This document shows positions 28,065-39,677 of a stretch of 64,000 bases of DNA, piece by piece. The stretch spans positions 29,140,001 through 29,204,000 of the forward strand of contig CM022679.1 of NCBI GenBank assembly GCA_012295275.1. The letters are read 5' to 3'. A program made the translations under genes and the position numbers. The notes beneath the pieces are model-generated. The model saw only the letters and a list, made by a program, of their open reading frames with translations, had not been told where the DNA came from and ran no database searches. Every line of letters begins with the position of its first letter. The stretch's first letter is position 1. The stretch comes from Chrysomallon squamiferum. Lineage: Eukaryota; Animalia; Mollusca.

Positions 28065-28805
28065 CGTCAGTTCTGAAAAACAACAAAAAAAAAAAAAAAA
28101 ATAAATAAAAAATTAATAAAAATAAAATATATAAACTAGACTGATTTACTGTAAAAAAAAAAAAACCAAATCCAAACAGAATCTGAGAGTAAAATTATTA
28201 TAATTAATATTTATTCAGATAATCAAGAATAACAGCTAACCCAGTACTGACAGTGAATGTAAATGAATTCATTTAACACACGTCTGTTGAGATGATAAAT
28301 CATTATCATTAACTTACATTATTTCGACAGTAGGAATAAATGATAATCACGAAGATACATCTGCTGACAGTGAGAGTAAAAACTGCTGTGATTAGCAGAC
28401 ATCTGCTCAGACAGTTGGTCATGCTAGTGAACAGACATTCATTGACGCTGACTGTCAGTTTAATTTTTTTGTTTTACGTATTTAGAGCAAGGACGCGTTA
28501 AATCTGGAAAATCACAAGTTCGTAAGTACTGAAGAATATAGCAAAAATATTTCAGCAATTTCGGCCAGTTCATGACAAGTGTATTGTGTTTGGATAAAGA
28601 ATTAACGCAGCTTAAATACGACATCTGAGATTAACAAAGTCTTCTGTTGTCACAGTTTGTGGTTTTTTTTTTTTTTTTCAACGTTACCTAACTAGGTTAC
28701 TAGGTACGATAATGCGTCATGCTCACATAACCAGTCTATGCGCAATCAGCTGATTCTATCAACAGTTATAAAACTAAAACATATGTATATATGTAATCAT
28801 AAAGG

Positions 28806-28844
<39 letters not shown>

Positions 28845-28892
28845 TATATATATATATAAATATCTGCAATAAATCAGTACTTTTCACAGATA

Positions 28893-29166
28893 ATAACGCT
28901 CGTTGTGTTTTTGTATAACTATGACGTAATTCAGGAAACCCACCGATTCCGCAGCATGAGTTACTCTTTTTGTTTAGCCATGAGAGACTATTTATCTTTA
29001 CCCTCCCAAAGACAGTAAAATACAGCTAAAATCAACTCATTTTCTTTTATACGTATGGCGTTGGCTGGATCGGGAAATAATGAAACAAATGCAACCAAGA
29101 AGGACTGATCTAACGACTACAACGACTCAGACAAATCACTAATAAACATCTCACTCGTCAGCTACC
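28893..29166 (-). mobile_element. Degenerate tRNA-derived SINE, MetaSINE-like, inside the noggin-like intron
   Basis: Ordered fragments ggaaaccc..catgagttactctttt..ttagc..tcccaaagacag..tggctggatcgggaaata..gctac match, from memory, the reverse complement of the molluscan Meta-domain SINE. Confidence 0.55.
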
Positions 29167-29417
29167 CGAGAGAATAAAAGAATTGGGGCGTGGTTGCAAA
29201 AAGATAAAACAAACTTTACGAAAATGAAGAAAGTTACGAGTTTGCAAAAAAACAACAACCGATAGTGCACCTTTAAACAGATGTATTCGTCCTTCAGAAC
29301 TAGTTAACTGTGTCACAATGACGTGATACCGCACACTAGTAACTCGGTTACGTAATCCTAGAAAACTGTGACATTAAAGGGCGGAGATACATACAGAAGA
29401 TGAAAATTACACACACA

Positions 29418-29469
<52 letters not shown>

Positions 29470-29538
29470 CTGAAACACAGAAACAGTCACACACATGTAT
29501 ACATTATTACATAGAGATATATACATACATACACACAC

Positions 29539-29569
<31 letters not shown>

Positions 29570-29892
29570 TACATACACATATACAACATACGTACGTACG
29601 TAGTACATACATGCTTACATGTACATGTACATTCATATCTGCGTATGCAGACTGGTGAATTATTTTTAACGATGTTAGTACTTTAATAATAGTAATATAT
29701 CGGTTTCAAGTAAACATTGCCTACTTCTTAATTTACTTACATAAGCAGATGTGATATGTCTTAGATAAATAATAAACGTAACATGCTGTAATATAAGCAT
29801 CCAGATAAATTTAATAGAAGTATAAATTAATCCTAGTAGATGTGTATTCAAATTAGATTAGATAAACGTGAACTGTAGTCTCCATGGCGATA

Positions 29893-30316
29893 CACACACA
29901 CTCACACATCCACACACCTATATACACACATACACACACACACATACACATCCACACACCTATATACACACATACACATCCACACACACACACATACACA
30001 CATACACACATACACATACATCCACACACCTATATACACACATACACACATACACACACACACATCCACACACCTATATACACACATACACACACATCCA
30101 TACACCTATATACACACATACACACACACACATACACACAGACACACATACACACATACACACACATACACACACACACATTCTCTCTCTCACACACACA
30201 CATCCACACACCTATATACACACATACACTCACACACATACACACAAACACACACACATATAAACACACACATAAACACACACACATTCTCTCTCTCACA
30301 CACACGCACACACACC
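29893..30316. repeat. CA-rich minisatellite with higher-order unit
   Basis: The motif acatccacacacctatatacacacat recurs about 6 times. The tract ends about 40 bp before the inverted noggin-like copy. Confidence 0.85.
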
Positions 30317-30355
30317 TATGTTATAATATACATTATATTTGTCTTATTAAAGCGA

Positions 30356-30463
30356 TTTCAGAACTGACGATGAAGCTGAACGACTCGTACCAGGCGCTTG
30401 TTCCTTTCTGTTTCGCTTTCCACCTGGTCACGAACATCTCGTGCAGCCTGCCGTCTTACAGAC
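30356..30463 (+). repeat. Perfect 108-bp inverted duplicate of noggin-like 27971-28078 (acceptor, 5'UTR, first 31 codons)
   Basis: Base-by-base comparison: tttcagaactgacgatgaagctg...ccgtcttacagac is identical (108/108) to the reverse complement of 27971-28078. Confidence 0.97.
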
Positions 30464-30662
30464 TTTAATTAAGTGGTAATAAATATTCTAAACATTTTGT
30501 TTGTTTGTTTCTACATGTACAAGGCTAAGAATAAATCTAATATATACTAATACGACGCTAGACGTAAATCAAAAGAACGCGCGGTATAGACACGAATATT
30601 AAAATCCACAACTCGGAACAGTAACTATGTATAAATATAAAAAATAAAATAAAAATCCTTAC

Positions 30663-31060
30663 CTGATGTCGTCGTTGTTGCAGATGATAATTATACCTGA
30701 TTCTGTTGTTTGTTCGTTTGTCGTTTCTCTGAATGCCTTTTTTTTTTTTTTCTTTCTTTTTTTTTTCTTTTTTTTGTTCTTTATTGTCTCTCTTCACCCA
30801 GTGTGCAAAGCTTTTAACACCGATCTTCCGTGCGTACGTTCGTCTGTGATGTTGATGTCCATGTCTGTAATAGATATGACAGGTTGGTAGTGTAGAATGT
30901 CAGGCACGCCGAGCAGGGAGTTGTTTTCACGAATAATTTACCTGTACGTCACGCCGCGTTACCGTGGACGAAGCGAAGTCAGCCCCGCGTAGCGGAACAG
31001 ACAGAGAGCACCGGTCTATAATCTCCTTTGTAATCGGGATGAGCAGTGGGTTATAAACAG
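30663..31060 (-). promoter_or_regulatory. Candidate non-coding first exon and core promoter of the noggin-like gene
   Basis: CpG-rich block immediately upstream of the splice donor, with weak TATA-like words at 31016-31021 and 31051-31057. The TSS cannot be fixed from sequence. Confidence 0.4.
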
Positions 31061-31067
31061 TCTATCT

Positions 31068-31328
31068 GATGGTGACGATTATGATGATGATGAAGATTAT
31101 GACGGTGGTGGTGATGATGATGATGAAGATGATGACGGTGATGATGATATAGATGAAGATTATGACGGTGATGATGATGATGATTATGAAGGTGATGAGG
31201 AAGATGATGACGGTGATGATGATGATGATGAAGATTGTTACGGTGATGATGATGATTATGACGGTGCTGATGATGAGGATGAAGATTATGATGGTGATGA
31301 TGATGAAGATTTTGACGGTGATGATGAT
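31068..31328. repeat. Degenerate (GAT)n repeat with a recurring gaagattatgacggt motif
   Basis: Directly visible; it lies just upstream of the candidate noggin-like promoter. Confidence 0.85.
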
Positions 31329-31537
31329 TTAGGTATGTTAGATTTTTTTGGTGATTTTTATTTTATAGTTTAGTTATTTTTGCCATCAAGATGATTAAGA
31401 TGATATATTTTATAGGAGTCACGATAACTGTGATGTCGATTATGTATACTCTGGTGCGAATATATATATATATATATTGTTATTTGTAATGTATTATTTA
31501 TCATCGAGATGACCAATAAAAATTTTAATATTAATTA

Positions 31538-31590
<53 letters not shown>

Positions 31591-31745
31591 AATAACAACA
31601 ACAAAACCAGACAAATTAATTAAAAAAGAAAAGAAATTAAATGTCAGTAGTTGTGTAATGATGATGTTGATGTTGACGACGACGAAGGTTTAATACATCT
31701 GAGCGAGTTAAACAAAACTGAATGAAGGCGTGACAGTAATTAGCG

Positions 31746-31776
<31 letters not shown>

Positions 31777-32289
31777 GTGGGGTTTTTAAAGAATAAGAAA
31801 AAAGAAGATTATGATTTTTTAAAATGTAGAAATATTTTTTTTATCAACTATTCAAGTAAACTTTTATTAGTGTTGATTATGATGGAGATTATTCATTTAA
31901 AAAAACATTTTTTATTTATTTATTTACTTTTTTATAACTGATATTATCTGGTTTATAAAAGGTCACGACAATAAACAAAAAAATAAACAAACCTATAAAT
32001 ATAAGCAGAAGTGCGTAAACAATACCAATAAAAAAAATAATTAGAAGTAAACAGTTATGGTAGCAACATCTAAAACCACTACCACCGACAACAACAACAA
32101 CAACAACAACATTACTATTATGTTGTCATTACTATTATTGTTAATTATTATTAAAAGCTTTTGTTTCTTGTTAATACAAAATAGATTATCAACAATGAAA
32201 CAATGATATATTTTTTTTCTGTCTTGTTATACTGTACACTTAACCTGTTTTTTTTTGTTTTTTTTACCACTGTTCCTAAACTTGTATAC

Positions 32290-32356
32290 AGGTCATAAAA
32301 GGTCAAGAAGAGTTATCTGCACTTGGGTCGTTAAGACCTACAGAGGTCAAAGGTTG
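32290..32356. promoter_or_regulatory. Nuclear-receptor direct repeats: perfect DR4 and near-perfect DR1
   Basis: AGGTCA-taaa-AGGTCA at 32290-32305 and AGGTCA-a-AGGTTG at 32344-32356. Confidence 0.5.
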
Positions 32357-33246
32357 TCACACAATGGAATTCCAGCTCGGAGAAAGTGCAAAACAGTGAA
32401 CAGAGAATTACTAAGTCAGGTAGTCAGTTTTCTGGTGTTTTAGTAAGTAGAGGATTTAGTCACTAGATGAGTGAGTGAGTGAGTGAGTGAGTGAGTGAGT
32501 GAGCCATTCAGTTAGGTGTTTAATCGACCAATTGATTAATTGATTAATTAATTAAGTCAGTCTTTATTTATTACATCTGATATTTGATCATTCTGTTAGG
32601 TGGTTGGTAAGTGAGAAAGTAAGTAAGTTAGTAAGTCAGTCAGTCAGCATGCAGTTAAGTAAAAAATAATAATAACGAAGTAAGTAACTATGTAAGCAAG
32701 TAACTTAGTAGGTAAGTCAGCAAGTAAATAAGTACGTAAGCAGTAAGTAACTAAATAAATATATCAGCAAGATTGTAAATAAGTAATTAAGATGACAAAT
32801 AATAAGTACGTAAGTAAGTCAGCAAATAACTAAACAAGTGAGTAAGTAACCAAGTATATGAGCAAGTAAGTAAGTAAATCGGTAAATTATTAATTATGTC
32901 TATGTCTTTAAGTCAGTCAGTATTGCAGAGTACCAGTGTATTTTAATCAAATTCACTGATATTTCAGAATACATTTTTTTTTAGAATTAAGGTAACGTCT
33001 TCGAAAATCCCCCCTATAAATATATCAAACAGATCTTCTGTAAAAACATATACTAAGAAAAACAAAAATGGTGTGAAAAAAAATTGAAAGAATGAAAGAA
33101 AGAAAAGAAAACTTTACAAATCTGCAGAAAATACATCAAATAACAACAAATGCGAAAATAGCGAGAGAAAGAGCGAGCTGTTTAGAGTGAGATAGAGTGA
33201 TAGAAAAATAAATGAATAAAAGTGTTTGAGAGAGAGACAGCGAGAC

Positions 33247-33344
<98 letters not shown>

Positions 33345-33787
33345 CGAGCGAGAGCGAAAGAGCACTACCCAGCATCAGTCCCAGTATTACGTCACAGCTT
33401 TAACAAACTATGACGCCATCGGAATTCCGTAAAAAAATATTTTTTTTCCTTTACTTCGTGGCTAGCACAGCGTACTTCAGCTTTGAGATATTCTTCTTCT
33501 TTCACGTTATCTCTGCCACCATCTCCTTCTTCAGTCGTCGACACACAATTCGTCAGGAGTGAGAACTGCCAGCCCGCTGGAATGCTAACCTTTTTATCGC
33601 GGGTTCTAGGCACGCCAGCGCTGCGGAGAAAGCGGGGATGTGTCGAGCTTGCTGCATTGACTGCCCATCACCGGATAAGACGAAATGTTAGGACTCGAGA
33701 TAAGAATGTCAGATACGTTCCCGAACACGCGGTTACGTAATACGTGACTAATTACGTTACTGATTTGCAATATGCCAGAGATGAGAA

Positions 33788-33823
<36 letters not shown>

Positions 33824-34589
33824 CTTCTTTTTTTTTTTTTATTTATTTATTTATTTTTCTGTTCTTTCCTATTTATTTATTTTTCTTTCTTTCTTTCTTT
33901 ATTTATTTCTTTATTTCTTTATTTATTTATTTATTTTTTTTAATTTATTTTTTTTTTTTTTTTTTTGTCCTTTTCTGTCGTTTCCTATTTATTTATTTAT
34001 TTATGTATGTATTTATTTATGTATTTATGTATTTATTTATTTATCAGAAAACCAGCACAATAATATTTTGGATGTAGATTTTTTTTTTTTTTTTTTTTTT
34101 TTTGCAGAATGGTTCTGTCGTTTGGTGCTTTATGCCAATCCAGAAAGTTCGCAGGAAAATCATTCTAGTGAAAACACGAACACAGCTATAATTTGTTTGA
34201 TATTTTGTGTTAATGCTTTAATGTTTCATGCATAATCAGAGCAAGATAGATGGAAAGTTACCTAATTAGGTAAAGCATGAGCTCCAGTAATATCCATTTT
34301 TAGAGAAATAACTAATAATAAATAACGCATTTGTCTCAAACAACTTAGTAATAGTACTAGCGATAATATATTAAACAAAAACTAAAAAACAAAATTTAAA
34401 GAAAAACGAAAAAAGATGGGAGAGAAAATAAAAAGTTGAAAGCAAAGAAGAGAAATTGAGGAAATATAAAGATATAGAAAAACAAGATTTTTCTATTATA
34501 GTTACCAGATGTATAAAATCCAAAAAAAAAAAAAATAATAATAATAATAATAATAATAATAATTAATAATAACAATAACAATAATAATA

Positions 34590-34628
<39 letters not shown>

Positions 34629-35287
34629 CTTTATTTACATTTTGCGGCGTTAGAAATATGGCGGACGTCTGAACAGCAAGAAAACGTTTTTCACGAAACA
34701 GTTTCTTCACCGAATTCCTAAGAAAATGGCTTAATTCAACGTCATTAACCTGCACGCGCTAAACCCGTTCCAGCAGGCTGATTAACTTTCAACACTTCTG
34801 CCTCACTTGAAACACACGCGCCTTTGTGTTTCTGCTACATTGTAAATTGCGCCTGCATCTCGTGCAATCGACCCATAAAGGGGATTTTATTTCAACATGT
34901 CTGGATAAAAAAAAAATTTCCCTCATTTTTTTTTTTTTTTTTTTACAGTGAAGACAGACCGAAATGCTGTTCTAACAACGACGTTGTTGTTTTATCTCCG
35001 GCGTCATGTTTACACATTTTCACTTCAACATTCTTCGTCTTGGGCGTTTGGTCGTCATCTTTGTGTAGCGGACTATCTCGTTCTGAGCAGACGATAATCT
35101 ACTCTTGTTTCGCGCCTCGCGAAGGGCTGAATGCCTAATTACCTTCAATAATATTATATCAAGGGCGGTGCGCCATGTCCAGAACATTCTGGCTGCAGAA
35201 AGGAATGTAACGCGTTATCTAATTGAAATGTTTTTTAAAATTGTTTGTTGACGATGAAGAAAGAATTAAAGCAGAATCAGAGATGCT

Positions 35288-35357
<70 letters not shown>

Positions 35358-35491
35358 AAATTAAAACATTTTTATTATTAAAATTAATATTTAAAAGTAG
35401 TTTGTTTTAAAATAAAATAAGAAAATATATTTAATCGTCTTTTTTTTTTAGCAGATCCAGACGTTCAATAAATTAAGCGTGACTGATACAT

Positions 35492-35526
<35 letters not shown>

Positions 35527-35910
35527 AAGAAAAAATAGAAGTGGTGTTTGTAGCAAAGTAAAAAAAAAAAAAAAAAAAAGTTTCCTCTGATGATTAAAAT
35601 ACCAAATATTTGAAACCGGGAGAAAAAAAAAAAAAAAAAAAAAATGAAAATCTATTTTTACCAGTCTCTTTAAGCGAATGTTTGAATGAAATCAAACAGC
35701 CAGAGAGAGAAATTTAAACAGTGTGTTCTGCTGATGTCATTATAGAGTAAAAAAAAAAAAAAAAATCACAAGTTTCGCTAGTAGTGGTGGAAAGATCCGC
35801 TTGGCACATTAATTATACGAACTGTCAAGACTGGTTACACCTAATAATATTTTAATGAAAACGAGACACGTCTGGCTCATGTGATATTCACATAAAACAA
35901 AGGTTAATGT

Positions 35911-35946
<36 letters not shown>

Positions 35947-36090
35947 GGTGGAAGAAATTATAATTGCTGATTTAACAAACATTTATTAAAAACAGAAGAA
36001 AAAAAAGAACCATTTCGCATGCACACAAAAACATTCACATTACATGTACACACACACATACATACATACACACATACATACAAATATACA

Positions 36091-36122
<32 letters not shown>

Positions 36123-39100
36123 AATAAACATATTTATCTTAAAATCGATAGAAGTCATTCATAAAGAGAAACGCAGCCGTTTTTCTTTCTTTCATTTTTT
36201 TTTCTCTTTTTTTTTTTTCTCCTTCTTTATATCATTATACAGAAACCATATGTTTCACATGTAATATAAAAATGAGCTGAGGTGTCTTTAAACAAATATT
36301 CATTCATTCTGTCTGGTTATCAATAATGTAAGTATATTTACGTAAGTTTATTTTATTTATATAAGTAGTCTCATTTGTACGTTTGACAGACGTAAGCTAG
36401 CACAGGCCTATCTTCTCGAACAGTGAAACCTTGTCCAAAACTACGTCACAAAGTTCTTAACGCCGAATAATCAGTACGCATGCGCGACGTCTGCTAAAGC
36501 CCGCCCAGAGTGACGCGAGCCGGAATGCATATTACCCCCCACCCAACCCCGCTATCGATCATCTTAAACGGAGCAATTTGTAAAAGCAGAAGTGAGAAAT
36601 AATTCATAGGAGCATTACCTGTGATATAAACAATCGCGTGAACTTTCAAATCTTTTTTTTTTTTTTTTGCCCCTTTCTTTATCACTTGGTGAAGATGGAA
36701 TCTTTCTGTGGCTTTTCAACAATCAATTAAGATAGAGGGGAGCGCCAGAATGTAATTTATTGTGGCGTGTGTTTATTTGCCTGTAATACTCGGTCGATTC
36801 CTCGTGAAAGCGAGTGACTGACTGCTAGTGTTACGTATTAACTTGGCAGATGATAAATTTATTTCTCAGAATGAACGAGTGAATGAATAAAATAATGAAT
36901 GAATGAATGAATGATCCTATAAATGGTGAATTAAAATCACTGTTAATAATATACTGATGATGACGACACAAACAACAACAACAATAACAATAACAACAAT
37001 AATAACACTAACAACAACAGTAATAATATTAATTATAATAATATGTTATGATACAAAAAATATATTGATATATTCTTATAGTGGTGTTTGTGTGTGTGTG
37101 TGTGTGTTTGTGACATACACAGAGAGAGAGAGAGAAGGTGACAAAAATAATAAATAAATAAATAAATAAATAAGTAAATAAATAAATAAATAAAATTTCC
37201 AATAAACAAAACAAAACAAAAAAAAACAGAAAAAGAATTTTGATAAAATAAATAAAGAGGAAGAAACTGAAAACGCCATAATCTGTATATATTTGTTAAA
37301 TACGTACAAACACGCAGATTTATATACAACAGCACTGAAATTTATGTGGACGATCTAATCTTCATATTACTCCTATTTTTCCCCGTTTCTCTTTTCATCT
37401 TTCATGGACTCCTGTCTTTTACAACCATAATCATGATTTTCAAGCGCAAAAAAAAAAAAAAAAAAAAAAAAATAAAAAAAAATAAACTAACTGAACGGAG
37501 GCGCGTGTTACAGAACCAAAACGCATCACCTGAACGGAGAACGGCTGCTTTCAAGCTGAATGTCAGTCTGTGTGTTTACAAAGATTTACTCTTTCTCTAA
37601 TCAATTTTATTGCCGGCGTATCATGTTTACTGCGGACGCGAGACGTGCAGATCGGAAAAATGGTCTCGCTTCGGAAGAAATGTCAAAACGCACGCTTCAT
37701 TTAATAGATTATCTAACGAGTCGAAACATCTGTGTACAAGTTCGAGTTATCACCGGTCATCGCTCCGCCATCTTAGTTTTCATACAGTATCACTGAGTGG
37801 AGAACTACTTTCTAAAGAACTATTTGGTTTTAGTCACCTAAAAATGTATCGCTGCGCTTAAACTATTTCTTATAACAATAAATATATGTAACTGTAGTTG
37901 GAACTTGTTTTCTTTTTCTTTTCTTTTTTTCATTTTGATGTACGTGATGTAGCCAAAGTGCGCTGAACTTTGAAAGACTATCTTAATGATATAAATGCAT
38001 CAATGCGAAGCGTAGTTTTGAGATAATAAATATTTATGTTTGGGCGGTCTGACGAATAAATTAAAAATATATAATATTTTTTTAAAAATCAAAAAAAATA
38101 AATAAATAAATAAATAAATAAAAAATTTCAGGTGGTTTCGTACTAATTTTTTTAATTTATTAATAAACATGTATCGTAAGACATACACAAAACATTTCTT
38201 TTTCTTCTTCGTTGTCGTTACAAACATCATCAACATCAACAACATCATCATCATCATTTTCTTCTTCTTTTAAAATCAAAATTTATCACAGGTAACCGAA
38301 ATTGTCTTTACAACACAATAAAATATACAGGCGCAATTTCTGTACAATAACCAATGCTTCGTTCTTACAAATTACGAATGATAAATGTTGTCTTCGGTTA
38401 TTAGACTACCCCAGCAGTCTGTATGTCCGCCAGTGACTGTGTCAGTGTGTGTTAGAATGTGAGTTAGAAGAGTGTGCACAGTGAATTCAGATCTTCCTTG
38501 TTAGAACTGTGAAGAATGCGTTGCTGTCAGAATACTTTATTGTCTGCGTTATCAGTTCTTTCTCCAACCAATTAGGAAAGTGGGTAGTTCTACAGTGCTC
38601 ATGCAGATATGATATGGATAACTTATTATTCCCTGGGGGGCGGGGATGAGGTTATATTCCAGTATATTACTGCCATATTTTTTTGATCCAAGACTTGAAT
38701 AAGAGGGGGGGGGAGGGAATGTGATTCAGCTCGAGTCTGATGCTAATTTCCCGTTCCAACAAGAGCTACAGCGGTTGCGTTATGAAAGTTATGGGTTTCC
38801 ATTATTTGTAAATCACGTTTGTAGGAAAAAGGCTTTGGTTTTATGTTAATGTAAAAGCACAAGACTGTTTTTTTTTTTTTTTCTTCTGAGTCTGAGTTCA
38901 TGCAAATTCACGCCTGTAAATTCCAGTGATTATTAAATTTGTCTGAAGTGACGTTAAATGTGCGTTACCTTCTTTTTATTTCACTTTTAGGACGTCGGAG
39001 GAATGTTTACATCGCTCTTCCAACAAGCAAAACGCTTGTTTCGGAGCGGAAGTGCCGTCAGCAGAGGGAGCGGGAATGCGGGAAGGCGAGGGGAAAATAA

Positions 39101-39621
39101 TCCAGAAAGACAGGAATTCTCGGAATATTTCTGGGAACGCGGGAATAAATCAGAAGACTGTTCAATGGCGCACGTTTTAGTGCAGGCCACTGGAATCCTG
39201 CCAAAGTCATTTTTTTTTTTTTTTTTTTACTTTATCTGTTTATTCATGTCACACACACACACACACACATAAACACACAAAGATACACACACAGACATAC
39301 ACACACAAATATACACACACAGACATACACACACACATTCACACACACCCACCTACCCACTCACACACATACATACGCACACACGCACACACACACACAC
39401 ATACGCACACACACACACACACGCACACTCTCTCTCTCTCTTTCAGTAAGTTTCTCCAGCCTTGGTAGTACGCATGAACTCGTAATGTTTTGGTGTTTTT
39501 ATTTATTTATTCACATTTTTTATTTCATGCACCAGGAACTGGACCATGCCAAGGCTGTTCACTGATCTAAGAACAGAAATATACTGTAGGAGTGATATAA
39601 TATTATAACAAGTAACAAGGG

Positions 39622-39677
<56 letters not shown>

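Larger units (their letters stand above)
28073..30662 (-). other. Predicted 5'-UTR intron of the noggin-like gene
   Basis: On the minus strand a long poly-T tract and TTTTCAG acceptor end at 28073, 8 nt before the ATG. A consensus donor CAG|GTAAGG lies at 30663/30662, and a second candidate donor CAG|GTAAAT at 30942/30941. Confidence 0.65.

Noticed and set aside
27229-28086. Alternative-frame 285-aa ORF (-) and antisense 224-aa ORF (27402-28076, +) overlapping noggin-like
   Set aside because: Expected shadow ORFs of a GC3-rich CDS, with no recognisable motifs.
29884-30468. 194-aa ORF ending in the noggin-like N-terminus
   Set aside because: The upstream part is a translated CA minisatellite; only the 108-bp duplication is meaningful.
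31068-31328. Asp-rich coding exon (possible biomineralisation protein)
   Set aside because: No start codon or convincing splice context, and it lies in the noggin-like promoter flank; best explained as a (GAT)n repeat.
38990-39272. Possible exon after a strong TTTTAG acceptor (89-aa ORF)
   Set aside because: No recognisable product or clear donor; it runs into poly-T and CA repeats.
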